Below are positions 40,201 through 54,441 of a DNA stretch of 64,000 nt, one piece after another. The notes below the pieces were generated by a model that was not told where the DNA came from, did no database searches, and saw only the letters and a list, made by a program, of their open reading frames with translations. Within the stretch, counting starts at the first letter, position 1. Every line of letters starts with the position of its first letter. The translations under genes and the position numbers were made by a program. This DNA comes from Octopus vulgaris. Taxonomy: Eukaryota. Where the stretch lies: NCBI GenBank assembly GCA_951406725.2, contig OX597833.1:60016001-60080000 (forward strand). The letters run 5' to 3'.

Positions 40201-43200
40201 AGTTCAAATCAGCCTCGGTTAACTTTGCTTTCTTGTATTCCTAGGTTGATAAAATAAGGATCAATTAAATGTGCCGAAATGATTTCATTAATAGATTGCT
40301 TCTCCTAAATTCACGGTGTTTTTGCTTATGTTTAAGAAACCATTGGATCGACAGAATTGGTAGAATATTTGACAAAATGTCTTTCGTTATTATAGTCCTT
40401 TGTTCTGGGTTCAAATGCCATCAAAATCAAGTTTACCTTTCATTCTTCTAGGGTCAATAAAATAAAGATATTAACCATGTAACGGGGTTGGTTGAACCTA
40501 GTAAACCCCCTTCTAAATTTCTGGCCTTGTGTTTGTTACATTTTATGTTGTTGTTACTGCTACTACTATTACTACTACTACTACTACTATTACATGCAAA
40601 TGTAGATCTAAATTAACGGACTTTCTTTTAATTATTGTCCACGTGTTTTAGGTGAAGACCGCAATCGTATTTGGCAACACAAACGTTCGCTGTCCTCTGA
40701 TGCTACAACTGGACTCCGTCATCACGACTTGCTACCTTTTTATAGTTGTTCTCACAAAGAAGCGACAGCTTCTGCCGTTGATTTTAGGACATTACCCCAG
40801 CATGATGCCAGCAATGAGGGTAAGGAATAACCCTGGACATCTTTACCTGATTGATTGTATTATTTCCGAAGTCACATGACCATACCACTACCATCACGCA
40901 TTCATACAACCATCACTATTTCTACCGTAGCTAATATCCACAGCCATCGTATGTCCATACCACCAGCATATCCTACCTCTACTATAACTACCATCTACCA
41001 CCATCACTGGTTCATTCCATCAGCATCACTTGCCTCTATCTACCATTTACTACCGTCACGTGCCCATACCACCTCTACCAACACCATCGCCTACCTTTAT
41101 TCTAGCTACCATTCACTACTATCACATCACATATCCATACCACCACCACCTTCATCTACAGTTACATATCCATACTACCTACCATCCACATGTCCATACC
41201 ACTACCATTATCTATGGCAGTCATAGGCAACCTTTGACCTGCATGGCTTTCTGAATGGCACACTCATCTACAAATTACCTTGAACTTTTTTCCTTAGTGC
41301 AGTCTGCCTAGTGATTAGCCATGTCTCGTCAGAAAAGGTTGTCTATGGCTGATCCTTGGTCACATGATCATACCACCACCACCACCACCACCACCCTTTA
41401 CCTCTACTACAGCTTACATGTAACTCTATAACTCTTTCATCTCAGTATATCTGTTCATATTATACTCTCTCTTGCATTGTAATAATTTAAAACTTTAAAC
41501 CGTACTGTGTGACTGTTACACTGTGACATGATATTGTATAGCCATGTTACACTGTAACATGTAGTATTGTATGACAGTATAGCATATAGTACTCCTGGTA
41601 TATCATCATCCTCATCATCGTTTAACGTCCGTTTTCCACGCTAGCACGGGTTGGACGGTTCGACCGGGGTCTGGGAAGCCAGGAGGCTGCACCAAGTTCC
41701 AGTCTGATCTGGCAGTGTTTCTACAGCTGGATGCCCTTCCTAACGCCAACCACTCCACGAGTGTAGTGGGTGCTTTTTACGTGCCACCAGCAGAGGTGCC
41801 AGGGGAGTCTGGCATCGGCCACGATTGGTTGGTGCTTTTAATGTGCCACCGGCACAGAAGCCAGTCAAGGCAGCACTGACATCGGCCACGATCGGTTGGT
41901 GCTTTTAACGTGCCACCGGCACGGAAGCCAGTCAAGGCGGCACTGGCATCGGCCACGTTCGGATGGTGCTTTTTATGTTCCACCGGCACAGAAGCCAGTC
42001 GAGGCGTATATTTATACGATCTCACATCATTAAAAAAAGTGATATTGCCATATCACCTTATGCAGTATCATCTGTGATATACTATGTGCATATCACGTTT
42101 TTACACACCGTTGTCATATATTTGAAATAAAACACTGTTTCCTGTTTAAATATCACAGTGAATATGTTGTTATTTCAATCACAACTATTGGTGCTAGTTT
42201 GGAAGACCTCTTTTGACCATTACAACAGCACTATTCGCTAGTTGCTAGAAATATCTTTTCAGAGCTTCGAAGGGTGTGTTGCTACCTTATATCTTTCACT
42301 TGTTTCAGTCACTGGACCGTTACTATGCTGGGGCACCACTTTAAAAGGTTTTGGTTGAATGACTTGACCCCAGTACTTCTTCTTTTTTAAAGTCTGATAC
42401 TTAATTCCATCAGTGTCTTTTACTGAACCACTAAGTTAACAGGGATGTAAGCAAACCAAAACCAGTTGTCAAGCAGTGGTGGGGGAAAAATACACACACA
42501 CATACATACATACATGATGAGCTTCTTTCAGTTTCCATTTACCAAATCCATTTACAAGGCTTTGGTTGGCTTGTTGGCTATAGTAGAAGACACTTGCCCA
42601 AGGTGGGACATGCAATGGGACTGAACCCAGAACCATGTAGTTGGGAAACAAACTCCGTGCCACACTGTCGCACCTGTGCCTATGGAACCCTCCCGTCGTC
42701 CCGGTGGGAAGGTTCTTGTTGTTTTCTTCTCCTGTCTTTATATATCTGTATGAAGGCTCAGTGGTTAGAGCGTCGAGCTTACGATCGTGAGGTTGTGAGC
42801 TCGAATCCCGGACCGGGCTGCATGTTGTGTTCTTGAGCAAGGCACTTTATTTCACGTTGCTCCAGTTCACTCAGCTGTAGAAATGAGTTGCGATGTCACA
42901 GGTGCCAAGCTTTATCGGCCTTTGTGTTTCCCTTGGATAACACTGGTGGCGTGGAGAGGGGAGACTGGTATGCATGGGCGACTGCTGGTCTTCCATAAAC
43001 AACCTTGCCCGGACTTGTGTCTAAGAGGGTAACTTTCTAGGTGCAATCCCATGGTCATTCATGACCGAAGGGGGTCTTTACCCCCTTTTACCCTTTATAT
43101 ATCTGGTTTGTGTGTCATAACTACTGTGTGATTTCATAATGAAATTGCTACAGCTTGGGCTTTTGAAGCAATTTTCACTATTTCCGCTGCTGCTGTCGTT

Positions 43201-43374
43201 GATTTTTACCTCTTGTCTCTAATGTTGTGTAATGTTGTCTGTCGTCTTCCTGTGGTGAAACCGCTAAAAACTAAAAAAAAGCCACTCGTTTGATGTCTCT
43301 GGCTGATTCCTCTGTCGTTGCAGATCTTTCATTTGAGTGGCTGCTGATGCTTCAACTTTAACTTGTTCGGTGAC

Positions 43375-43405
<31 letters not shown>

Positions 43406-46400
43406 TTAGTTTCTAAAAAAAAAAAAAAAAATTATTTTTAAAACTCTCCCTCACATCTAACGACTTCTTTCTACTGACCCTTTTTGCATCTCGGTTGCCA
43501 CACTTCATTGAAACTTACACAATGTTTTGTTACAGTTTAATACATTACAATTGTTATATTTGCTATTGTTATTATTATTATTATTACCATTATTGTTGTT
43601 ATCATTATTATTATTAGCACGTTGAGACAAAATCCTTAGCACCGTTTTCTTCTGGTTCTTTCTGTTCTGAGTTCACATCCCGCTGAGGTCAACTTTCTGC
43701 CTTTCACCCTTTCAGGGTCGATAAAATAAAGTACCAGTCAAGTACTGGGGGGTTGATGTTATCAACTTTTCCCCCTCCCCTCAAAATTGTTGGCCTTGTA
43801 CCAGAATTAAAAAGAATTCTTATTAACTTTATTTCTCACATCATATTAATTAACCTGTGGGGTGGAATGGATGGTGGGAGAGATGCAGGAACTGAAGGAA
43901 AAGCCATTGATGCAGCTGTCAACAGACCCTACTTACTGGTTTGTGCACCCCAGTCTTGTTGGGGTCAGCTCCCTAAAGGGTCCAGTAGTTAGTGGAAGCA
44001 ACATGTATCCCTTGATTTACTTTATTCCTTAAAATGAATTTGAAAAAGCTGAACTTTTAACAAATCTAAATTATTGAAATAATTGAAGATAATTTGCTGT
44101 TTGACCCCAGGTCAGCTCTATTCAATGATGTTCTAATGTAACCATTTTGTTGTTTTGGTTTCTGGGTTTTTTTTTCAGACATAGTGTCTCTAGGGTTACA
44201 TCATCCAACATATATCCCCCTTTTAAGACAATCTAATTTCTTCTGAGAAGATTTGGGTCTTTCTAGCAGGAGAATAACAGTATAGAGTTTTATTTGTTGG
44301 TTAGTGAAGACAACCTGTTCTTGGGACAGGCTGTATAGGGGTAGATTGTGGCCAGTTAAGTACTTGAAGATGAGAGGTAGATAGTAGCTGGTTGAGTATT
44401 TGGTGTCAACTCTGTTTAGCATGAAGGGGTAGAATGTGGCCAGTTGAGTACTTAAGCCGTAAAAGGAGCCTACATTTGTTGCATTGTTCAATTAGCTGTC
44501 TGTCTATAATCATCTTGTCTAAGTTTGGTTGATTGTTCCTGGCTTATTTACATGGAGCATCTAGCCTCAGCTTTTAAAATAAATGATTTGGGTAGCCCTG
44601 TTCTCACTCTTGCGAGTTATGGTTCTATGATAACCTAGCCAACACATAGATCCTTTTCTGTGATTATCCAGTAGCTCTCTGTGGGTTGATTTTTCTGAGG
44701 TTTGAAGGCTCTGATTAAGGTGAGACAAACAGGGACATTTAAAATCCCAAAATTATTTTATCCAATATGTGAACTTGTAAAAACCTTCTCCCTATAAAGA
44801 CAGGTTGTTTATGAGGGTCCTTTCAGCTCAATCCCAACAAGTAATTGGTCAACCCTGTCATTGGCAATCTGCATTGCCAAGTATGCTAAACATTACTGAT
44901 GTGCAAGCTGTAGGGATTCTGTCTTGTTTGGGATGTGAATCATGTTGTCCAGTGTCTATATTCACTTGCCAACTTACTGTAGCTAAGAGCTTGTCCTTCT
45001 ATACAAGTCAGATATCATCATCATCATTTAACATCTGTTTTCCGCGCTGGCACGGGTTGGACGGTTCGACCAGGGTCTGGGAAGCCAGGAGGCTGCACCA
45101 GGCTCCAGTCTGATCTGGCAGTGTTTCTACGGCTGGATGCCCTTCCTAACGCCAACCACTCCGTGAGTGTAGTGGGTGCTTTTTACGTGCCACCAGCACA
45201 GGTGCCAGGGGAGTCTGGCATCGGCCACGATCGGTTGGTGCTTTTAACGTGCCACCGGCATGGAAGCCAGTCAAGGCGGCGCTGGCATCGGCCACGTTCG
45301 GATGGTGCTTTTTACATGCCACCGGCACAGATATCTGTGATAATTCCTTGTGTACAAAACATTGGGTTACATGTTACATGCCTTGTTTGGTGGGGTTACA
45401 GAAAGAAGAGGGCTTAGATTAGATATAGAACTGGTTTATTAGAGACTGACTTATAGATATGTAGAGGGACTGACTGGCGATGGTGTTTGAAATGTTATAT
45501 ATAGTGTGTAGGACATGGTAGGGGTGGTTGTGAAGGACACGATAGAGGTGGTAGTACAATGTGGAGGGGGACAGGGCAAAGAGGTAGTGTTAGGTACTTG
45601 TTGTTGTTGGCTGTCCATTGTAGATTGACATCGACTGTTCTTGTTCGGTAATTGTCTCCGGAAGGCTTGTCTGTGAGACGCAAGGCCTGCTCTTGATCTG
45701 CAGCAAAGATGACATCTACTGCAAGTGAAGTTACTTGACACAACGGAGAAGTGACACCTGCCTCCTCAATGTTTTGGAGGAGGCTAGAATTACGAGCTTC
45801 AGCGATCGGTACCATTCGTCATTCCACAGGGGCCTTCTCTTCTCATGTGTCTGGGAAGATGCTGAAGCTCTTCATATATCTCTTCAGAACATCCCTGCAT
45901 TGTAACCTCTGACCACCACAGTTCCTCCTGCCCTGACATGGTTCAGCATAGAAAACTGCCTTTTGGGAGCCTGCTGCCCTCCGTCCCGCAAACATTTTGT
46001 TATAAAGACTAGTTAACTAACAGAGGTTCGCTGTAGACTAGTTAATAAAGGTAATAACTAATTAATTAACTAATTGACTAATGATGGTTAACAAATTAGC
46101 TAGTGCACTAATTAAGTCAATAACTAATAATTAACTAGTGAACTAATGGAGGGTGAAGCTGTTTCAGCTGATGAATGAAACCGATTCACAGATTTGGTTT
46201 ATTGAAAACTTAACATGCTGCACTGACAGCATCATATCAAATATTATTGATGCTGTTGATGATGATGATGATGAGGATGCTGTTGTTGATGATGATGAAG
46301 ATGATTATGCTGTTGATGAGGATAATAGCGATGATAATGCACTCTCTACTAACAAGTAGCATGATGTCTGTCTCACCATTCTGCATGTGTTACACCTTTA

Positions 46401-48355
46401 TTTGGTGTCACACCTTGATTGGTGTCACACCTCCGTTGGTGTCACAAGAACTTGGAGGAGGAGGAGGAGCAAGGGGAGGAGGGAGAAGGTGATGAATGGG
46501 AGGCAGAGTTTGTTTTGTTATTTTGTGTTTTTGGAGTCGGGTATTATTGTTTGCTCTGATTTTAGGCAACGGGCTTGTTACCACATTTGGAAAAGTCACA
46601 CACACACCTCTCTGTCTCTCTCTCTCTCTCTGTCCCACTTTAGGGCCACTACACACCTTGTTGCTTTGAGTTTCTTCACGTAAAGTGTGCTAAACTAATA
46701 TACGCAATAATATAGAAATATACACCATACGACATATGCAACGATATACACACTGATGTACACAATAGTTCAATTATACACACAATAATACAACATACAC
46801 AATATAATGGTATATAAAATAATATATAATATATAATGGTATATAAAATAATAAGGCGGTCAGCTGGCAGAAACGTTAGCACACCGGGCGAAATGCGTAG
46901 CCGTATTTCGTCTGCCGTTATGCTCTGAGTTCAAATTCCGCCGAGGTCGACTTTGCCTTTCATCCTTTCGGGGTCGATAAATTATGTACCAGTTACGCAC
47001 TGGGGTCGATGTAATCGACTTAATCCGTTTGTCTGTCCTTATTTGTCCCCTCTGTGTTTAGCCCCATGTGGGTAGTAAAGAAATAGGTATATAAAATAAT
47101 ACACATATATACAATGTTACAACAATACACACTAATACAACGACATCTACAGTGGTACACAAAATATTATAGACAATAATATACGCAATCTACACAATAA
47201 TATATATCAATAATATGCCCAATGATATACAATAATATACACAGCACACACAATTATGTATACACATATTTACTCAGTTAAGATATTGATTTCATGTTGT
47301 CTACAACCGTGTATACATGTGTAAAACGATTTACAAAAATGGGTCATGTTACCAAACCGTTCAGGCTTACAAGAGGTGGCTGTTGTGATATATACACAAA
47401 GCCACACACAGACACACATAAATGGACGGACGGACGCTTGTGGCTACTGTGGTTTTAGGAGAGGGGCTTTCTCCGTCCGGGTTGCGGATCCGTGGAATAA
47501 GCTGCCGGACGAGATAGTGAAGATGCCGACGACCGATCGGTTCAAAGTCTCCCTTGACCAGAAATGGCCTGAACTCTTTGTATGACCACCCTCCCTGTAC
47601 ATAACTCCATGTCCCCCTACATGGCCTTGATTTTTGCTTTTTGAGCCAAAAAATTAACTTAACTCAACTTAATCATTTTAGTGGGTTAATATGAAAAATA
47701 TAAAAATTTGTCTTTTACATATTGGGTTTTCAGATACTTTGATAGGTTTTGGCCAGTATTAAGCCCAGGCCATGTCTAACTTTATAGCACTACCTGGCCA
47801 AAATCATTCAAATCAGGAATCGGACAACATGGTCCACTCAAGGAGAGAGGTGTGTATATATCCTCTGTAGTGTAGTTAAACCAAGGTGGGTAAAGCGCAT
47901 ATTATTGTTAAGCAGAAAACCTTGACGATGGAAGAAAGCCATTATTTTTATTATTATTATGACTGGGTTCCAACCCAGGCAGCAGCAACAAAGTCTGCCC
48001 ACCACACTTCTTGGTCCATCAACACTGGCTCGAGGTCCTGGAAACATTCCAGGTCATTGTCTGCGATCCAGGTTTTGCCTCTGTGTGTGTGTGCGTGTGT
48101 ATTTTCTACTTGGCACTCCATTGTTACATGTCTGAAAAAAGATAGATTTTATTCAAATTTCATTAACAATAAACAAAGGTTGCAGAGGAAGAATATTAAT
48201 GCCTATATATGTGTGTGCGTATGTATATATATATATATATTATATATAGAGGGCATTACAGTACATAAATGCCACACACTAGGAAGGACTCTGAAAGTCA
48301 AAACTACCAAAATAAGAGTCCCTCCTAGTGTGTGGCATTTATGTATAGTAATGCC

Positions 48356-48403
<48 letters not shown>

Positions 48404-48492
48404 AAGATAAAAATTGGTGGATTTTTCTCTTATGAGGTTTTTTTACGCTAACTACTTGATAAATTCTTATAAACATTTTATCCTATTTTTAA

Positions 48493-48552
<60 letters not shown>

Positions 48553-51500
48553 AAACAAATGAGAGAAAGAGAAAATGGAATTCAAGAGATTCTTTATTAA
48601 TCACAACAATCGTGTCAATCCAACTGGATTAGCCGTCTCATGAGTAAGATTCTGGGCAGCTGCAAATGTGTCCCATCTGGTGACTTTTCATGAGGTACTT
48701 CACTGCCTGGGTTGGAACCCGGTCATAATAATAAAAATAATGGCTTCCTTCCATCATCAAAATTTTTTGCATAATAATAATGTGTTTTACCCACCTTCAT
48801 TTTAACTTCAGAACAGAGGGTACACACACACACACACACACACATAAAGCTACCACCACCACCACCACTATGACCACAACATCCCTGCCAACCCCAATCA
48901 CTTCCACGACAACCATGACTATTACCCTATGTTTGAAGCATGTAGCCCCCCCCCCTGTTCAGTTGCACAACTAGCATCAGTGTTTGGTATTGAAGGATTT
49001 ACTGTGATCAACACTGTTACACTTACACCTCACCACTTACACTGTCACTACCTCAACACTCACCTCACTCTGTACACAATTACATCAACCTTTTCTCACT
49101 GTTTTATACTAACATTATTTTACAATTACTCCAGTCCTCTGAAACCCTTTCACTAGTTACCCTAATCCTGCTAAATCCTCATGCCACAGTTACCCCAATC
49201 CTATTAAATCCTTCTGCTACAGTTACTCCTACCCTTTTAAGCCCTTTCCCTATAGTTACCTAATCCTGTTAAACCCTTTCCCTACAGTTACCCCAGTCCT
49301 GTTAGACCCTTTCCCAACAGTTACCCCAGTCCTGTTAAACCCTTCTGTCACAGTTACCCCAGTCCTGTTAAACCCTTCTGTCACAGTTACCCCAGTCCTG
49401 TTAAACCCTTCTGTCACAGTTACCCCAGTCCTGTTAAACCCTTCTGTCACAGTTATCCCAGTCCTGTTAAACCCTTCTGTCACAGTTACCCCAATCCTTT
49501 TAAACCCTTCTGTCACAGTTACCCCAATCCTTTTAAACCCTTCTGTCACAGTTACCCCAATCCTTTTAAACCCTTCTGTCACAGTTACCCCAATCCTGTT
49601 AAACCCTTCTGTCACAGTTACCCCAGTCCTGTTAAACCCTTCTGTCACAGTTATCCCTGTCCTGTTAAACCCTTCTGTCACAGTTACCCCAATCCTTTTA
49701 AACCCTTCTGTCACAGTTACCCCAATCCTTTTAAACCCTTCTGTCACAGTTACCTCAATCCTCTTAAACCCTTTCCCAACAGTTACCACAATTTTGTTTA
49801 ACCCTTCCACCACAGATACCCCATTTCTGTTTAGCCATTCCACCAGTTACCCCATTGCTCTTAAACCCTTCCCTCACAGCTATCCCAATTTTATAAACCC
49901 TTTTCACCACAGTTACCCCAACCCACTTAAACCTTTCCCCCCAAATTCCCCCAATACTGTTACGCCAACTCTGCTAAACCCTTCCCCCACAGTTACCCCA
50001 ACCTGTTAAATCCTTCCATCACAGTTACCTAACCCTGCACTTACCCCAATCCTGTTAAACCCTTCCCCTAATGTTACCCTAACTGTTCAACCCTTCAGCT
50101 ATAGTTACTCCAATACGTTGAACCCTCTACTTCCCAGACTGCCCCATCTGCTGAAAGAAGGGGAGGAAAGGAGAAGGAAAGCAGGAGATGTAAATAGAAA
50201 CTTAAAACTGAATTCTTCAGTTATCCTGTTAAGTAGAAGACCCTGTAATTTTCATCCAGTCCTTTCACTTGGACAAATCCTGTATTATAACACCTACACC
50301 GATGTGTGTTCTTCCTGACGCTTCGCCACTGCTAGAGCATGCTTGGGTGGGTTCACTGCTGTAAACCTATAGTTTAAGACATGTTTGATAACTTAATTTA
50401 AATAAAAAAAAATATTTTCATATATTTGTAATATAAATAATATATATTTTCAAAGGATAATAGGTTGATGTATATTGTGCTTTATGCTAACCTCTGCATT
50501 ACAGACAGACAGACATTTGTTGACCTCTGCCCTGACTTCTACATTAGAACGAAACAAAGAGAGGTCATAGCTCAGTGTAAATCATTGCTTTGGAACACTA
50601 ATGTTTAATGTATCTGCCTTTAATAGCATTAACGAGAGGAGGGGAGATACTAGGGAGTTATTATCAAATCTGTATATGTTTATTGTTATTGCAAATATTA
50701 TTAGATTTTTCCACAACACCATTTCTAATCTTCTTGTTTCATCTTTCAGACTCTGGCTCTTCATCCAGCAATGATTCTGATGCTGAGAAGGATCCATTAC
50801 AAATACGAGATATTCATGGGGCCGTGCACCAGTCTTTTATTCGTGGAGATTCGACACGACGGGCCGTCACTTACCGCAAGACGTCATCAGCTCCGTCAAC
50901 TCCTCAACAACAAACCAGACAGATTATATCAGAGAAAAGCAAAACTCAGGAAGAACTTGGAAATGAAAGCGACGACTCTGATAATAGCATGGATGACTTT
51001 TATGAAGACAATCAAGATCTTTATCAAATGAAACTTGTAAAATCGGCTGAATTTTCTCAGCCGCTTGATTTGGACAATTTTCAGCTGATGTCCAAATCTG
51101 ATGGCTTTCTTGTTGCATCTTCTGCAGCAGACAATGATACTCGCAGGAATCTCACCGATCAAGGCACGAACAAAAATCTAATAGCACCTTCTTTTATTCA
51201 ATGGAAAGATGGTCCAGCTGAGACATTACCGAATATTGGCCATGGTTTGAATCCTGGCCAACGACAGGCTTATTACTCTCGGTTCCATGATTATGCAGAA
51301 ATTGATGAAAGTCAGATCTCAGCACCAGATAGTGTGGTACAAAGAACAACCAAAAAGAGTTCCTTGAAGAAAAAAGAAAAGGAACTTGAGCTTAAAGCTG
51401 GCACCATGTCTAAGAAAGATGATCGTGTTGATGAAGTGTCTACTTCTAAGCATTCGGCTCCGGAGAGCACCACTCAACTACGATCGGATTTACTTTCGGC

Positions 51501-54407
51501 AATAGCTAAACTCGAAGACAGCATCTCACCAATAAGTTACATGCAGAAAGATATGTGTAAATGCCTGAGTGTACCATCAGATATTGGTAAATCTTTAGAA
51601 AATGTCAATTTTGGTAGCCAATCGGATTTGATGTCTGGGGTTAGCATCAGTGAACTCTCTCAATCTGTGGACAGTATCTCAGTTAATGATAGCACGGACT
51701 TCAATTTGAGTTGTACTTTTGCTGCAAATCCTTCTCTTTGTACAGATTCCGCTACTGCAATAGACCTCTGCAAACAAATCAACAAAGCTTTCACTAATTC
51801 ATTGAAAACCACACGAGAATCTCCAGAAAAGGGCACCCGAAAATCCACCTCGGACATTCCTAATTTAGTAGAAGGAGAGAAAGAGCCATCAAAAATGGTA
51901 AGATTCAAGCAAGGCAGTAATTCTTTAGATGAACGTAGTTGCATTGAAACTAAGGGCAAAGCTGACCAAACCAGCTCAAATAAGAACACAGAACAAGTGG
52001 GTCATGTCGGTCAGCTGAGTTCATCTGTCAGCGATAACTGTGTAAGGAGGGAAAAGAAATCTAATGTGGAACCCACCAAACGTTACTCACACCATATTTT
52101 GGAACATCCGAAACCAGAAAGTGTCAACCCCTTGTTTATTGTTGAAAGTCCCCCTAGTCTAGAGAGCCTGAACAGCTTCACCCAAATGTTAAGGTTCTAT
52201 GACCCTGAAGAAGTGAAACACATGATGGCAGAATCTTCTGACTACTGGTCACGGCATACACAGGCAACTGAAAATAATCAGACAGCTTCTAGTCCAACTT
52301 CGAATATACTGCCACTTGCTCACATTGAAGAAGGTAATCAATTATCGCCTCTTGAAAGCAACACAATGATGGGGGAGTCGAAGGAACACTCACCACTCAG
52401 CAGTCCAAGTACGATCTGCAAAAGTCCAGTTGAAGGACGCTCTAAAGATCTAGATTTATCCGACGACAATGATAAAGACGACAGCTTAAAGGAAAGTAAC
52501 TCTTCGTTGCAGAAAACTTTTGATGGAAATTCCTTTGAAGATTTTTCTAATGAAACTTTGAAGCAGCTTGAAGACACCATGGAAAGTGACATCATGGTCC
52601 GATCTTTACCTCCAGAATCGTCACTCACCGATTCTTTACTCAAACCTAAGACATCCCAGTCCATTCCTGGATCGTTCAAAGATAAAACACAAAGTGAAAT
52701 CAATGTTAGTCGTTCTTCACGGAAACTTTCATCAGACATTAACAAAGATCAACCAGATTCCGCATCTGATTCAGCTTACACATCTGAGACACCATCAGTG
52801 AAGAGATGGGAAAGCATGGAAGTGAACCCTTCTCTGGATTCTGTTCTAGTCCTGTCTCCAAGGCCTGTTATCACAGTACCACGTCCTGACTCAGAGTCAT
52901 CTGTTCCTAACGTTGACTCTAATCAAAATAGCTGTGATCAATTGTCTGTTAAGGACTCTAGTGAGACTCTTATTTCATCACCACACTCCCCTCTAAGTAT
53001 GAAGAATATATATGGCAATAATCGTCCTCCACAGTCTTCTGTTGCTGATTTAGACAGTATCATGAATATGTCAAAAGAAGAGCTGGAAAATGCTGAAAAG
53101 ATTATCTTAGCAGGAGATAATGTTGGTGCCGGTCACCAGATTCCTTTAGCTAGTCCTGAAGTGTCAGGAATAAGTGACCAATCTGAACAAGATCAATCAA
53201 GTGAAGAGAAAAGCTTAAATTCTCAAACTGATTCACATCGACATGGTAATAGCAAAGAGACTTCAAAAGGATTTGGTGCCTTGAAAAAATCATCAACAAT
53301 TCCAGCGCTGGGACAGCCACAGAAAGAAGCTACGACAGACAACAAAATGCATGAGAGCAACAAGCCCTTAAGTCAACCAACATCTCCTGTTAAAAGTCCT
53401 AGCCACAAAGAGGGAATAGAAAAACTTCGTCGTTCATTCATTGCTGATCGAAAGGAGTTTGTCAGTCAAAATTCCAAATCCCCTCCAAGTGAAAATGAGG
53501 AATCTGAAATTGATTTAGGTTCTAAAGATACGAATGTTTCCAGAAAAGACCCTGTGTGTAAAGGGTTAGACAAAGCAGGGGACAAAATAACTGTCCATAA
53601 AGAAACAGTGAAACCAGAGAATAAGAAAGTTCCTGAAGCAAATAAATCAAAAGACAACAAGACTGTCAGTAAAGAAACGGCAAAATCAGGGGACAACAAG
53701 ACCTCTGGTAAAGATACGGCAAAATCGGGAGACAATAAGACCGTTGGTAAAGATACGTCGAAATCTGGAGACAGCAAGAATGTTGGTAAAGATACATCGA
53801 AATCAGGAGAGACTAAGATTACTGGTACGGCCAAGTCAGGAGATAGTAAAGCTGTTGGTAAAGACACGGCCAAAGCAAAGGATAAGAAAATGTCTGAAGT
53901 ATCTAAATCTGGAGATAGTAAAAACGTTGGTAAAGATACGACCAAGTCAGGAGATACTAAAGCTGTCAGCAAAGAGACAACGAAAGCAGGAGACGGTAAA
54001 ACTGTTGGTAAAGAGGCGACCAAGTCAAGTAAAAGAGAAACTAACCAGAAACCATCAAGCGATCCCAAGAAAACTGTGTCTGGTGGTCAGAAAGAGGAGA
54101 AAAGCCATTCCACTGGAAGTAGTGAGTCACAATCTTCTAGTAATCGGCTCTGTCAGATTTCACCCCCTGAAGAAGAGGTCCTTATTCAGATCCGTCCCAC
54201 ACTGAAAAGATCCTCTTCACCAAGGAGAAGGCTGATTGAGAAGATGAAAAAAGGCACTGAAACTCACGAGAAGCGACCAAGTGTGACCGAAGAAACGATT
54301 TCAGCTTCAAACGTGGCAACAGCTGCTTGTGGGAAAAGCTGCAGGCCACAACACAACACACCACCACAACAGATTCCACAATCGACTGCAGGTTCGAACC
54401 TTACATG

Positions 54408-54441
<34 letters not shown>

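Noticed and set aside
46153-46359. Acidic 68-aa ORF as an extra exon
   Set aside because: The acceptor at 46167 gives a stop after three codons in the required phase; the acidity comes from a (GAT)n microsatellite
49256-49843. 195-aa repeat ORF
   Set aside because: By-product of a stop-free 33-bp minisatellite; no splice or promoter context
49140-50120. CRISPR-like array or telomeric repeat
   Set aside because: Contiguous tandem units without unique spacers, eukaryotic context, and not TTAGGG
50608-50749. N-terminus of the 1815-aa ORF as a standalone gene with a signal or TM segment
   Set aside because: This stretch is the polypyrimidine-rich intron end; the acceptor at 50749 joins in frame to the RhoGAP exons
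53466-54068. 200-aa antisense ORF
   Set aside because: Shadow of the 39-bp coding repeat on the + strand
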